Shown piece after piece: positions 24,615 through 38,835 of a DNA stretch of 64,000 bases (positions are counted from its first letter, which is position 1; every line of letters begins with the position of its first letter). Below the pieces are notes generated by a model, which was not told the DNA's origin, did no database searches, and was given only the letters and a program-made list of their open reading frames with translations. The stretch is taken from positions 1,054,001-1,118,000 of the forward strand of contig CM120643.1 in the NCBI GenBank assembly GCA_051362555.1, written 5' to 3'. Source of the DNA: Lingula anatina (lineage: Eukaryota; Animalia; Brachiopoda). Made by a program: the position numbers and the translations under genes.

Positions 24615-26837
24615 CTATTTGGTCAGATCCCCCCCCCTTGCCTGCCCCTCCCTTAGGAGTGGTAGGTAGAGGTTGGGTAGCTCAGTCCCATCATTCCGAT
24701 TCAACTTGGCCCCATGTAAGCGGATGTTAATTGCTTCAAGAACTTTCCGGTGTAGATCTCGTGGCTCTCTTTCCAAGATTATTATGTCTTCTATGGTTGT
24801 TGATGTTATACAATGCCCTGTCTGTTCCTGGTGTTGGCTGAGGGCAGATTTTTTATCATGTTTTTTGATCGATTTTTGATGTTCAGCGATTCTTTCAGTT
24901 AAGGAACGTCCTGTCTCTCCGATGTATTTCTCTCCACACACCTGACACTCACACTGGTATACAACTCCACACTGTTCTCCTGGGTCTAATTTGTCCTTTG
25001 GGGATACTAGGATGCCTCTTAGTGTCTGTCCTGCCTTATGGTGTAATACTACATTCCTTTTTCTGAATGCTCTTTTTAGCTTTTCACTAACCCCTTTCAT
25101 GTAAGGTAGTACTGCATATCCTTTGGGTTTTTCTTTTTCAGTCATGTTCTCGGGCCTTTGTTGTTTTTCTCTTCCTTTCTTTTCCCCTTCTTTTATAGCC
25201 CATTCTGGGTAACCACAATTTCTAAAAGCCACTCTGATTTTTTCCTTCTCTATCTCTACCTTGGGTTTCTCTTTTATCAGTGTGTCTGCCCTATGCATCA
25301 GCGTCTTGATGATTCCTATCTTCTGTTGGACAGGGTGGTGGGATGTCCACTGAAGGTAGTGGTCTGTATGCGTAGGTTTTCTATAAATGTCTGTTGTGAT
25401 GTTATCATTCTTCCTAATAAGCTGTAAGTCCAGCATGGGTAATGTCTGGTTGTCATCTTCCCTTTCTATTGTGAACTTAATGCTGTCATGTTGTGCATTG
25501 ATATGTCGGAAAAGCTCCTCCTCGTGCTGTTTCTGTATTATAACCCCTGTATCATCGACGTATCTGGCCCAAAATTTTGGTGGGTGGGTGGCTGTTCTTA
25601 GTGCCTTCTCTTCAAACTCTTCCATGAATAGGTTGGCCAGGACAGGAGAGAGTGGAGAGCCCATTGCCATTCCATATACCTGTTCGTAAATACGCCCTTG
25701 GTACCGGAAGTAGGTTGTCTCAATTGTTAGCTTTAGTAAGTCCCCAAAGTCCTCTGGAGGAAGCAGTGTTCTGTTTTTCCAGGTTTTATCCTTCTTGGCC
25801 CTTTCTACTGCCATATTTGTCACTTCGTTGCCTGGTACGCTGGTGAATAGGGCTGTTACGTCGAATGAGGTTAACACCTCCCCCTCTTCCAGAGTGATCT
25901 CTTCCACTTTTTTCACCAGGTCTTGTGAGTTGTTTATATGGCTTGGTTTCTTCCCTACTAAAGGTTTCAGAAGATCTGCTAGGAATCTTGCAAGGTTGTA
26001 CGTAATGGAGTTGATACCAGAGACAATAGGACGCATTTTTATGGGGTCTTTGTGGATCTTAGGTGTTGCATAAAATCTCGGAGTAGCATCCGATGTAGGG
26101 TATATTTTGTTATAGGTGATCTGGTCTAAATATCCCTTATTCTTCAGTGCCCTCAATTTCCTTTGTATTCTGCCCTTCATTACTTTGGTTGGATCCTCAG
26201 GTATCTCTTTGTATGTGGTGTGATCATCTAACAGGTGTTTGCATTCTTCTATATAATTGTCCCTGTCCATTACCACTACACACTTTCCTTTGTCTGCAGG
26301 TACAATCATTATCTCTTTATTGCTTTTTAGTGACTTCAGGGCTTTCCTTTCCTCATGGCTGAGGTTGTCCTTTGGAGGCTTGGTATTCTTGATGATGTTC
26401 ACAACTTCATGCCTTAGGGTATCAGCTTCCTCTGGAGGGAGGTGTAGTTGTTCACAAATCACCTCTGTAGTAGCAATTATTTCTTTTGTTGGAGTTTTTC
26501 TTGGGGCAATGGCATAGTTGAGGCCTTTTGCTAATACTTTGATTTCTGTGTCTGTGGGTTGGTATTTTGACAACACTTTGACCCACTTTTTTAATTGTGT
26601 GCCAGATAGGTCAATGGACTCCTTTTTGTCTTTCAGTGATGTTCTTCCCTGTAGTCTATCAAGTTTGTTGATCTGAGTTTGTCTGCTTTTCCTGAACACG
26701 CTTTCTTCTTTGTTATGGATGTGTTCTTTGACCATATCCAATAATTCATTGTCACTGATGTTATGGTTCTCCCAACAACTTTTTACGTTGTTTTCCACAT
26801 TTTCCTTGAACTCGTCTTGAATGAGACTGAAAAACAA
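24615..26837 (-). CDS. Penelope-type reverse transcriptase plus GIY-YIG endonuclease (740 aa open frame, N-terminus missing)
   Basis: Motifs ADKG, PKIHK..MRPI, SFDVTALFT, GMAMGSPLSP, RYVDD, YRKPT, GVVYQCECQVCGEKYIGETGR..RIAEH, LEAINI..LNRNDG. Confidence 0.95.
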   Translation of the reverse strand: MFFSLIQDEFKENVENNVKSCWENHNISDNELLDMVKEHIHNKEESVFRKSRQTQINKLDRLQGRTSLKDKKESIDLSGTQLKKWVKVLSKYQPTDTEIKVLAKGLNYAIAPRKTPTKEIIATTEVICEQLHLPPEEADTLRHEVVNIIKNTKPPKDNLSHEERKALKSLKSNKEIMIVPADKGKCVVVMDRDNYIEECKHLLDDHTTYKEIPEDPTKVMKGRIQRKLRALKNKGYLDQITYNKIYPTSDATPRFYATPKIHKDPIKMRPIVSGINSITYNLARFLADLLKPLVGKKPSHINNSQDLVKKVEEITLEEGEVLTSFDVTALFTSVPGNEVTNMAVERAKKDKTWKNRTLLPPEDFGDLLKLTIETTYFRYQGRIYEQVYGMAMGSPLSPVLANLFMEEFEEKALRTATHPPKFWARYVDDTGVIIQKQHEEELFRHINAQHDSIKFTIEREDDNQTLPMLDLQLIRKNDNITTDIYRKPTHTDHYLQWTSHHPVQQKIGIIKTLMHRADTLIKEKPKVEIEKEKIRVAFRNCGYPEWAIKEGEKKGREKQQRPENMTEKEKPKGYAVLPYMKGVSEKLKRAFRKRNVVLHHKAGQTLRGILVSPKDKLDPGEQCGVVYQCECQVCGEKYIGETGRSLTERIAEHQKSIKKHDKKSALSQHQEQTGHCITSTTIEDIIILEREPRDLHRKVLEAINIRLHGAKLNRNDGTELPNLYLPLLREGQARGGDLTK

Positions 26838-26839
26838 GG

Positions 26840-26883
26840 TAATAATAATAATAATAATAATAATAATGGTGATGATGATGATG
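26840..26883. repeat. (AAT)n/(GAT)n microsatellite at the Penelope junction
   Basis: Directly visible. Confidence 0.85.
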
Positions 26884-29800
26884 AAAACATATCCAATGAA
26901 TACTTCGAAAAACTAACTAAAAATTCTTACTTTTATTTAGTCTTTAATAATTTTTTCAGTTAGCGAGTGATTTGAAGTTTTTTTTTCTTTTTTTTTATAT
27001 AGAGAGAGTGAATAAGTTTGTTAATACAGCCTTATTTCACAAATGAATGCTCTTGCAAGATACAGCGTTTTCCGTTCGTTGTGCAAAAGAAGTGTACTGT
27101 CGCAAATGTTGGACCCTTCAAAACGCAATCTACAGTCGCAACTAACACAATGTACAGACTTTGCTGCACAGCGCAGATTTACCCAATGTGCTGACAACCG
27201 TCTTCCTTTTGGTTCTCCTCGCCAGCAGTTCATTATTCATGACCAACGCAACGAAATTTCGACATCCGGGCATTAAAGAAGTGTTCTGTGGGATTATCGT
27301 TTCTTGCACAAAGCTTAATAAACTGTGTTTTACGTCTCAGATTGCCGAGGTCGATCAGCGAACGATTTTAATAGATTATCTAGTCAAGGACTATAATACA
27401 TTATAGCAAACAAAAGAACTGCTGTGCTGAACTGCTCACATTCGTGTAAAATCAGTGAAACCACTGTGCGCATATAAATTAACGGGTCGTCCTCGGCGGT
27501 GAGCACTTTCCGTCCACAGTGTAATTTAATTGACCGGGGTAAAACCTCGCCATGCACGAGTTAACTGACGCTGAGGTAACATTAAAGCTATTGAACGTCC
27601 TTATTAACGCAATAAGGGATTTTATAGTGGAAATCAAACGCCGATGTCAGGGTTGTGAGATCTCGACGGTTAACATTATTCATAACTTCGTGACTAGTAT
27701 TAGTTTTCGTATTGTTTTTCCTCTTGTCTCCACTACCAAAGCAAGATAACTCTGATTATACATGTCTGCAACCTGTACACGTGTTAAAATATTCTCGTTT
27801 GAACTTAGTAGGTAATTCTATGTATACGAAACAATTTAGAACTAAGGGACCGAATTTGATCTGAGAACCAGAATAGAGCCATAACATACGCCGTGGTGAT
27901 TGTTGAGACACGAGTTTCTTGGTGGTAGCTCATACTTTAAGAGGTGTAAAAACCTGTAATAGAGAGTAAACCTCGAACGCTGGTATTTAATTGATCTAAT
28001 CGACCTTAGGCCAGGCCGTTACCTGAGTAGCAGTGCACAATGCTCGTAAATAATTTAACAAATTGATGCTAACAAATTTTAGAAGTTAACCCTAACAAAT
28101 TTAACCCTGTCCGCAATGGAACATCTCGGAACAGATACAGCAATAAATGCTGTCGTTGTGCATATGCAGTCATCCGCGTCACACACACACAAAAAAAAAT
28201 TTAACATCCATGCCCAAACATAAGATAAACCGCGAATTGGAGGCAGCTGCGGATGGATTAGCAGCATCCCTTAACTTGGGTCCGCGCTGGCTTCACTGAT
28301 GACAGCTTAATAGAAGAATTCAATTGAAGTCAATATTGTAACATTTGACCCTAGTAGAATACAGGATTTAAAACGCAGACACATTAACAATGATATAAAA
28401 GCTTTCAATGTGCATTCTTTCCCTGTTCGCTGTTTCATTTGCGGATTGGGGGGGGGGGGGGTAGGGGGTTCTGACCCCCCCCCTTCGGTTTCTGCAAAAA
28501 ATCCAAATTTTTTCTAATATTCAAAACTAGTATTCCCCTTTTTGAGATTGAAAATTTGATTTGCTGAATCATAGTTTTAAACCGAACCAAATGACACCGT
28601 TTACCCTCCAAACCCTCAATTTTTTTTTTTTTTTTTTATTGGGGGGGGGGACCTTGAGCAGGCCCCGAAATCCACGCCAAGGGGCGAGGGTCGGTATTGT
28701 ATTCGAGGCCTGTCATGCCTAAATAAAAGAAAAAATACAGATCCTCCCCCCCCCCTTCAAATAATTCCTTATACGCCCCTGCAATTCTGTATATTGGCTA
28801 GAAATCTACTTTAATTATTTTGATCGGCTCGGTACTTATGTTCAATGACCTGGCTGTGCCCATTGAAATGGGACTTTCTTGTGCACTTGTACACAAAAGG
28901 CACACTGAAATCACAGAGACACACGCTAACAACACTCAGATGTAGACAGACAAATATTTCTTCAGCAGAGATTTTCTTGCGAGTTAACTTGAACATTACA
29001 ACACTGAATATGGAGGACGCATCGATAACAGGAAACGAAACGTCTTCAAGCGATTACAATCATGAAAATGTCAGTTTGAAAAACTGCAGTAAGAATTTTT
29101 AAACGAAACATCATATTAATGTTCTCATTTATGTATGTGGTGAACCATTATGGCATTCCAGCGCCTTTGTTTTGTGGATCGCGATCAAAATATAAAAGAA
29201 TATTGTTTTAATTGATTTAAAAGATACTTTAAAAAGGTCATTTAAGCTACTATTTCCTGGGCACATTGATAAAAATGCAAATAATTCATTCAGCTGATAA
29301 AGTTCACACACACACACAGAAATTCAAAAAACTGTTTTTAAAAGACAATTAAAACTCAACTTTAGTGTTAAAACGAGAAACAGCTTAAAAGGACAAAAGT
29401 TATTGAAAAACCTCTTACTAGCTTTAGACAAAGGACCCCTGGCAAATAAAAGAACTTCACGTAGGCATCACAAATACAGAAATGACCTTTCTTTGTGAAC
29501 AACAGCCCCAGGTGCGTCTCGGAGACGAGTACAATTACAGAAGACAAAAACGTTTCTTCTAATGAGATAAAAGACCAGACAAAAGAAAACAGATCCACGT
29601 AACTGCAGCCACCCAGAGGAGCTCACAGTTGCTCAAGTTACCAGGGTTATTGTGTTACAATAGCATTAAGGTGTCCTGTCGCGTCCATATGGTATGACAC
29701 TGAAGACAAACCAGAGGTTATTGGACACGTTTGGGGTCATTATCACGCCACATCTGGACAGCGTTGCTGTCTGACCACACCTCAGCAGAAATGAACGCAG

Positions 29801-32800
29801 GACTGACCAGTGACACACCGCTATTTCTTCCTTCTAATTACACTTACCTGCTCACGGCTGAAGAAACTGATAGATGACTCGGGCGCGGTCGTCTGAACTT
29901 TTCGACAGTACTTTCTCTTGAATTACATTTATCAAATTTAGGTGGCAGCAATATCCCATGACTTATTTTTTTTTAATTTGTCAAATAAAAGAACAAAGCA
30001 AACAGGAGTGGTCGGTTATCTTTTGTATTCAAAGAAAGAAAAAACAAGAAAATGCCATGTTTTCCCTTGATCAGATAGCTGGGCTGGAGTTACGGCTGGT
30101 ATTAGTGACGTCACCAGTGCGGTACAGTGCTGGTATAATTTGATACTGTGACGTAAATACCGGGCCTCTCCTAATGTTGAACATAAAACAGACAACCAAA
30201 CTTCACTAATCATTTTCTCCACAGGCCGAGATAGGTCCTACAAAATGTATGCCGGGGTTTCTACAATCGAAAAAAAAATCGAAATTGACGAAATTTTCTG
30301 GAACTCACTGACCAATAATCTGTCGAGTCTGAAACCTACATGGTGAATACACGGCTTATGTCATGTGACAGGCGCCGCTGTACGCTCTGTTAACATCCAA
30401 CAGTTTTTTTACCAGTACCATTTGAAACTAAATACCGTGCCTTGCGATAAATATATATAAATATTAATTTCAACATAGTGTTTGAAAACAGGGTGTCAAT
30501 TAAAATCTGTCGTGATTTCTAGATGAAACATATGCATGCAGTGTATTTCCTCTTGTGTGAAATATAACTCCACCTCCGTCAGCTGTTTGCCACATTAGAG
30601 TGAAGGGACAGCAGTACACGGATCTACGTATTATTTTTAATTTGTAATTCACAATCTAAGTTACGGATATTCTATTTCCATATTAAATGTTTTCAAATGT
30701 TATTACAATGCTGCGTATGTTTCCATATCAGTAGAAAGCACTTTAAGCCCCAGTGTGATTTTTTTTTATCTAAATTATCGGAGATTCCAAAAGACTTCTA
30801 CGTGACTTACTTGTACTAAAATGATGTGCAGCTTAATTCTTTGCCGAATATTTTCTTCAATGAGCTTTCTCTAAATTTTCAGCGAGTTTTACTGTAGCCT
30901 TAAACGAATAAAACGTTTGCTTTTTTTTTTCAATCTGCAGCCAAACATTCTTTGTCGTCACAACCTTCATAATTGGTTCCAATTTCGCGGTTTTGTCTGC
31001 CATGAATTTGAAGGCCTGCTATATTAGGACCGCCATAAAAAAAGATCAATAAATCCTGCCGTTCGAATATTTTATCGTATTCCGAAAATATCTAATTATT
31101 CATTCATCGAGAGTTTTAGTTCTCAAAATAAGAAGCGTCATTTATCACATTTTAAACAGCAGAGCTCATGAAATATTTAACAAATAAACATTTAAGATCA
31201 CTATTAAACGCGTAGAAATGTCCAGAAATGACAGCTCTTGGTGTGTTTAAATCGCTGGATAGAGAAATCCAAAAAGCCGATAATTACGCCGTATTCTTAA
31301 TTTTTCTGGCTTGCGAAAAATCGCTGTTAAAAATGTGTTCAGTTTGGGCCCCAACACCTGTATACCGGACGTTACACTAAAGATAAAGCGTTTGATGATG
31401 TTAAAGGTGTAAACATATTCGTAGGTAATATGACCTAAAATGTTATCAAACCTCCTAATACTTTATTACACATCAGTTCACACTGTACGATACGGTATCA
31501 ATAAAAATGAGTCAATATTTCCATCTTGTCTATTTGTCCTTGTCTTAGCTTCAGTTTTAATCATTGTTGTAAGGATTATACCTTGAGTATTAATGAGGTG
31601 AAATCAGCTACATATCCAGTATATTACTTACCATATTCAAAGTTTTCTTCAGCTTGCCTTGAATGAGGAGGAGATACGCTGCAGTCACTGGCGCTGTCTA
31701 AGCTGGGAAGGACGTCCTACAACATGAAATGCTAAATTACAATCACGCTCTCTGAATTATCCTTTTAATACCACCTGGAAATTCGTCATAATTGCCGCTG
31801 TGATGGGCCAAAGATTGATTGAAGCCTAGATTCATGCTGTATCATACTGCAAGCTTCAAATTAAGTTAGGCAAAACGCTTAGATGTTTGACAAAAGATAT
31901 GTCAAAAAATATGGGATGGAAATTCTCGTGCATGTACATATACGACAGGAAGACTTACTCTTATTGTACAGACAAAGCTACACTGTTTTTCCCCAAGAGT
32001 TCTATCAAACCTATGGCGTACACTGTACTAATATCTTATGTTGGATCCTAGTTTGACTTTCTAACGACTCTCTGTCATTCTGTCTCTGTACTGTACTAGT
32101 AGCATGTACACCCAGGTATTTTAACTTTTTTCACCAGCCACTCTTACGCCACAATTATCTTCCTTCACAAACGCCATCTCAATAGCGTCGTGATCAAAGG
32201 TGTTAGTTACAGACGCGAAAACGTGGTAAATATTATCTCCGTTTGATGATTATCAACCCAGGGTATCTGGACTACAAATTGTTTAGGTGTTGATTATCAT
32301 TACGATCAAAACGTGTTTTGCACCTGGGTCTGATGTTGTCTGGATTGGCATTAACTTTGTAGTACGTGTTATCTTCTTGAACCCCCCCCCCCCCCCCCCG
32401 GGCCGCCTGAGGACAATTACCCCACCTTATACAAAGGAGGAATTTGTTGTCTTGATTTCTCCCTAATTAGCTTCGCGTTGAAAATAAAAGCTGGTTAAAA
32501 TACCTTTGTACTATAGTAAATTTTATCGATCTTTAACCCATTATCTTACAAAATATAAAGTTTAAAGAATAATACCACAGCATACTGCTACAATTTATAT
32601 AGTCCTATTGATACACTCTACCCCGGTAGTTCCTATTGATTTCGACCGTGATTTTGATACGTCATATAATATAATAATATACTGGGTACAATGTTTGGTG
32701 CAAATTTTAAAATAATGAATTACTGATCTAAATAGCAGGGACAATTTTAATTTCAAAATGAACAACTAAAAAAACAGAGGTAATATCTTTGGTAAATAAC

Positions 32801-33851
32801 ACGGTCTTTTTTAGGGAAAGAAACGTAATCCATTTAGTAACGTTGATAATTTAAAACAGTCACTATTAAGGTCTACTGCAATACACCAGAAAGTTGGATA
32901 ATGTTTTAATATATGTAACCAAGTATTGTCCAAGTGGACTTTCTCAGTTAACACCACCCGAACCAGCCCAGAAAGTGGATCTTCTCACGAACTTCCTGGC
33001 TACTCGCTTGGTGGCTGTGTGAACAAAACAATACATTCGCGTTGCATTGTGGGATCTTAACTGTAAATGGTTCTACGAATTAAGCGGGAAGCTTTTGACC
33101 GGTCAAGAGTTGCGAAAGAAGTTCTAAAACGTCGAAAGGTAAAATTTAGTGTATTTGCAAGTTTCAAGAAGAGTCTGAAGGTGACTTGATAACTAGGCTT
33201 ATGCATGTAGATTTCGTGCTTACTGCCATCCTGTCACCATAGACAATGGGTTATAAAAAAAGAACCCAGCAGTTTACCTACGATTTGAAGGGCATTAATT
33301 TCATTCTTTAATTCAAGAAATTTGGGTTTTTATAATGTGAAATAAGAAAAAATGGATTTTTATAATGTGAGACAATGGGTTATAAAAAGTAACCCAGTAG
33401 TTTACATTACGATTTGAAGGGCAGTACCGGGTAATTCAATTCTTTAATTCAAGAAAAAATATATTTTTATGATGTGCAATTTTTGGGACTTTATAAAGAA
33501 ATCTCAACAATATTTGTAAATATCCCAGTAACATAAAAAGTTCTGCTAACGGCATGAGTTTCACATCTACCTCAGGTGTGCAATCAGCTGAGCTATCCCC
33601 GATGAAAGCGACACGACGGCAATATATCGGAGATAAAAAATTGGCTTGAATGCAATCTCTAGCAATTTTCTATGTTGACAGGTACATTTACAGGGGCGGA
33701 TCCAGTACGTACTATAAAGGAAATTACACTATGTCAATGCATTTGATAAAGATATAGATTTTCTGTGAAAATAATAAAATACTAAAGTTTTAGTCCTAAG
33801 TGTATCATTAGCAAGAAAATAATTCCTACCTCACTCTGGTGTCTCATGTCG

Positions 33852-33952
<101 letters not shown>

Positions 33953-34129
33953 CTATTTTAATAAAAGGAAGCTGTGCCGAAAACCTGAAACACCATGGCT
34001 CTTATTGTCAACGTCTTTTCGTGTTCAGTAGTAATACAATATGAATATTGATGACTATGCTTATGTACACTTAATACATTTATAAATATTCAAATAGAGG
34101 ACAAGCACGGACTCTGAGTTTTGCTATAG

Positions 34130-34263
34130 TTGTAACGTGGAAGAAAGTCCGTGTAATAGAGAGTCCGGGGGACCCTCTATTACACGGACTCTCTGTCACA
34201 CTAGAGAGACCCTATATTTTAATGATGACTCTATGTTTCGACGGACTCTGTGTCACGTTACAA
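34130..34263. mobile_element. Palindromic MITE with TGTAACGTG termini
   Basis: ttgtaacgtg..agtccgt vs acggactctgtgtcacgttacaa, plus an internal hairpin agtccgtgtaatagag/ctctattacacggact. Confidence 0.55.
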
Positions 34264-35639
34264 TTTGGACCTTACCCCTTCATCACGATAACCCGGTCCT
34301 GATATAACTGGTCGCACATATAGCTGGTGAGATTAGAGACAACTGATATTCGGGCACATCATAAAGCATATGTGGCATATGTTTTACTTTTCTCCGGGTA
34401 AGTATCCGAATTATTTCTTATTCGTGACTTGTCGTTTATTAGACCTTCCCAAAATCACAATTATTCCTTTTAATCATTTTATTTAACTCTACGTTATGTA
34501 ATTTTTAATATTTTAGTGATCTTAAAATTTAAAGAACTATTTTCGTTTGATTAAAAATGAGCAGATGCCGTACGTTCGTGGTACTTTCTCTCTCTATCTC
34601 TCTCCTTTTCTTGGTCCTCCTAAAACAGTCTCAATCTCTCCGGTCTTTAACTATCTCTTTCCTGGGAGGTTAGAATTATTGAACATTTATTAAATCCTGA
34701 GACATTTTTAGCATAGTTCAATGATGAAATATCTGTTGTTGTAGCTTGTGTTGACTGGGGTTCTCGCGGAGGTTGATGTTGGTCAGTATATTCCAGTGTC
34801 ATCCCAGTGTGAGGATCGAGGTTGACACAGGTTCAGTGAGGTACTTCTCCAGCGCAGTGCCCAAGGAAAGAATATCCATCACAGTGAGTGGAAAACTGCA
34901 CAGGTTTTAACACCTCCTCCAAGCTTTTGACCGGCGATATTTGTATTAGAGACTTTCTTGTGTATTCTCTATTAATGTCGGGTAAAACTGAATATAGGCT
35001 GTATTTTTATTACTGTTAAAACTTATCTTAATTCGATTCATTATTTGGCATGTGGATGGCAGGGTCAGAACATTTCGATATCATTTGCTGAAAGAATATC
35101 AGCCTCAGTTCAAGGACGGATGCTTTATAATGGCGATAACAGAAAAAAAGATTTTGGATGAAGGCATGTATGCTTAGAATAAAGTTTACACTGGGCGTTT
35201 CCTACCCAGACGAAAGGGCAAAAATAAATATATAAATTAATTCTACGAAGCGTTACACGTAAATAATCCCCACCCATTTCTTTAACAAGAGCCAATGTTC
35301 TGTGGTAAACACGAATACAGAATATAAAATTAATTCAGTTTTTGGCCGGTTTTTAACTTAAAATCTCTTAACCCCAGTCCCTCCCCGAATTTTTTGGATT
35401 TTTTTCAATGGCCAATACACCAGTTATTGCAGCCCTGCCTATCTGTATCAATTTACTAAGAACCCATCAAGGCAAAAAATATCTTTCGAAACTTTTATCG
35501 TAGCTTTTAATGTATGTACGAATAAAGTTCAAATATTTTATGATTATGCGTAGCTGACAACCCCCAAATAATGTTATAAACAGCTGATAAACCGTCCTTA
35601 TTTAAAGTTCACAAGACTCTAGACAAGAACGTGCCACTT

Positions 35640-38080
35640 GAACTTAGGGCATTGATTTTTATTGTTTGTATCTGTTATTGTACTATGTTAGTAGTTACTG
35701 GCACAACAGAGCAATGTGATAGAAAGTACATGCATGACCATAGGCACGCAAGGACAGACATGACAGCAGCAACACTATTTTTTTTTTTTTTTTCAAATTT
35801 GAAGGTAGACATGAAACAACTTTCCATTTATTCATTTGTTCATAGTCACAATGCATTTTGGTAAAAATAAAGAATAAAATAAGGATATTTAGAATTGAAT
35901 TATTATCATAATTAAGCTTAACAAATATGTGTATCATAACCATGTGACAATGCGCTTGACGTGTAGTTATTTGGTTAAAGGGAGGATAAGACGTGACTGC
36001 ATGTTCATCAGCGCACAAATCTTCAGTTATTTAACAGGTTAATGTCAACTTCAATCCTCAAGTGAACGTGTGGGGTCATTTATGACCCCAGCCATATTAT
36101 TTAATGTACCATCTCTTTATAGTTTATCCGAATTTACTTTCCTTGTATTAGTTTGTAAGTCTACTAATCCTACACACTTCCACAGTTTTTTGCAGGGATC
36201 AACCAATTAGTGTGGCGCATACATCACAAAATTTTGTCGGGTCATTTATGACCCCGAAGAGAAGCATTGTTTTTAAACACTGTTTTTTAAATTTTATTCA
36301 AATGTTCCACTTCTTATCAGTACTTTATATTGTATTGCAGTGAACCATGTGCTTCATGAAACCAGCCAGTGTGCCCAGAACATAGCTACAAACAGGCGCT
36401 TTGATAAGATTGTGCTTGAAATGTTACTAATAGTACATCGCTGAATGTAATTACAGTAGTTTTGTTGGAACTCGTTTTCAAAACTGGGTCTCTCATTTTG
36501 ACTGTTACAATTGTCAGATATTTCCGTAAGGAATTTCGTCGATATCATATAACACATATACAAACAAAATGTTTGTGTGGTTTTTGTTTTATACACAGGT
36601 GTGGTAGTAACATAGGTTGATGGAATGTGTTCCGAGTAGGATGATTTCCTTACCAGTATTAGCGTATTCCCTAGTCAGCAAGTCAGCTTACAATTTTATT
36701 GATGTTAGCAGGATGCTAGCTCAATATAAGTCTTTTTTACTTAAATTTGTTTTCTTTGATGTGCATTTTCATTTAGCGTGAAAAAAAAAAGAAAAATATT
36801 TTTGCAAGTGGGAACTGACAAGGGCTGTCTAAATAATGTTGTAATGTCGTTCTTAAAGTCTGTGTTTCGTTATTTCTTGAAATTAAAGTATTATTACCAA
36901 ATAGTAGTAGTAGTAGTAGTAGTTTATTATCATCACTGTATGCGTATGATTACATAATAAATATCTAGCGTGCAGAACATTACATACAGGGATAAATGAT
37001 CAATATAGGCATTACAAGTATAATATGTAGCGCAATACAATACCATGACAAAAACTTATAGTTCGATACACCGTTTTTAAAAGCTACGTTTCTGATATTT
37101 TCAAGACCCTGTATACATATGAAACGACTAAGTGCAAATTGTTCTTTGAAAATAGATCCCCTAAGGACGTATATACCAGCTCAGGGTAGGCTGAACGCGT
37201 CACTGATGTGAGCTCGCGTTTGCTTATAACATGTGGCTCTGTTTGCATTTCACCACACTTTCGTTCGATCCTCTCTTTACGACACCAACGACCCGTTTCG
37301 ATTGTCAATCTATGAGAACTTAGCCTAAATCTAGTAGTAGCTACAGGGTATGCGTAGATATTCCGGGATATCGAAGCGGTTTGCGTGCATATCCCACACT
37401 TCCAGATTGGGGTTCATTTCTAAATAAGTCGTTGCTTTTGTTTGATTTGAATTTTTAAGTTGATTTTTTAGGTTTTCAATGTCCAAGTAAATATGATCGG
37501 ATGTTGCTAACACTTTCTGATAGTACGTTGACGCTTTTGTCTTAGCTTTTGTGTTACATAAGATCATTATAAAGTATCAGTCAGTCTTTAAAGGACATAC
37601 TTTGATCGGGGGAGTAGAGACGAATTTGATACTTAGTTGAAACCCAGCAAAATAATTCCCATTGGTTTCTAAAAATAACAAGTTTTACTTCAAAATATTT
37701 TATTAGATAACTTGAATTGTAAAGAAATGATGAGAATTACATGTCAATTCAAGATGTTTATAAATTACATTGATTCTTTTGCTTAAGATATTAATACTGA
37801 GGCTCGCCAGCTATGAAAGTCCAAGACGGACTTCGTGCTTACACGTGACAATGCGTTTGACGTGTAGTTATTTGGTTAGAGGGAAGATAAGATGTGACTG
37901 TTCATCAGCGCACAAATCTCCAGCTACTTAACAGGTAAATGTCAACTTAAAACAAACGTACATGTACTTAGGGCATTGATTTTTATTGTGTGTATCTGTT
38001 ATTGTACTATGTTAGTAGTTAGAAGTACAACAGAGCAATGTGATAGAAAATACATTTGACGGACTTCGTGCTTACATGCG
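35640..38080 (+). repeat. Old local tandem duplication broken by insertions
   Basis: 35642-35730 recurs at 37966-38055, and 35945-36052 recurs at 37845-37948. Confidence 0.75.
36902..37570 (-). mobile_element. 3' end of a LINE (ORF2 C-terminus, 3' UTR, (CTA)n tail)
   Basis: RFRLSSHRLTIETGRW..ERKCG..TEPHVI motif; AATAAA followed by (CTA)n on the minus strand at ~36902-36929. Confidence 0.8.
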
Positions 38081-38835
38081 GTCGTAATAATTCCGTTGCT
38101 TAAAAAAACTTGTAAATTCAAATCATTACATTAGATAACTCAAATTGTAATAAAATGATGGAAACATTCATGTAAACTCCCAATGTCTATAAGTGACATA
38201 CATTCTTTCCCTGAATTAAAGTTGATATCAATCCTCTATGCATCTTCAAACAGCTGAATCAGGTGATAAGTCGACCTCATTTGCAGCTCAAAAGATAGGA
38301 ACGTGTCACCTGACCCTTTTCGTGACCACAACTCCTTAAAAATAAGAATGGCATACATGTGTGTTTTCACAATTAAAAAACGGATGAATGGTTCCAAGTA
38401 CAGTATAATTGCCCCCTGCGTCATACATTATGACATTTAATTAAACTATATATTAAGAGGCTTTTTAATTGATTGTGCCATATATAAAAATATGTGTGTA
38501 ATAAATGATGTGACAATGTTCTTGACTTGCCCTAAGAAGACCACATATAGAATAATACCGTCATTTATCAACAAGGCACTATAAACATCTGCTCTACATA
38601 ATTTCTTATTTAGTATATTTGTCACAAATACTGCTAGTTGAGGAGTGCATTTAACGTACAAAGACATCGAGGAGTATATTTAAACGCACCAGTTACAGTC
38701 ACACCAGCCGTACAGCTACAGTACATTGTTGTAGATGATCCGCTTATTGTGGGTTTACAGGTAATATTTTAGCAGCCATTCTGATATATTGTATTCATTT
38801 TCACAGGTGTAAGACCTTTGGGTTGATAGGTAACT

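Larger units (their letters stand above)
24470..26837 (-). mobile_element. Penelope-like retroelement, 5'-truncated
   Basis: Uninterrupted RT-GIY-YIG ORF followed by a hammerhead-containing 3' region; the 5' end abuts an (AAT)n tract. Confidence 0.93.

Noticed and set aside
24482-26517. Plus-strand ORFs opposite the Penelope ORF
   Set aside because: Antisense shadows with no recognisable motifs.
27021-27406. Cys-containing short ORFs as a transposase C-terminal domain
   Set aside because: Motif spacing is not convincing and there is no adjacent transposase core.
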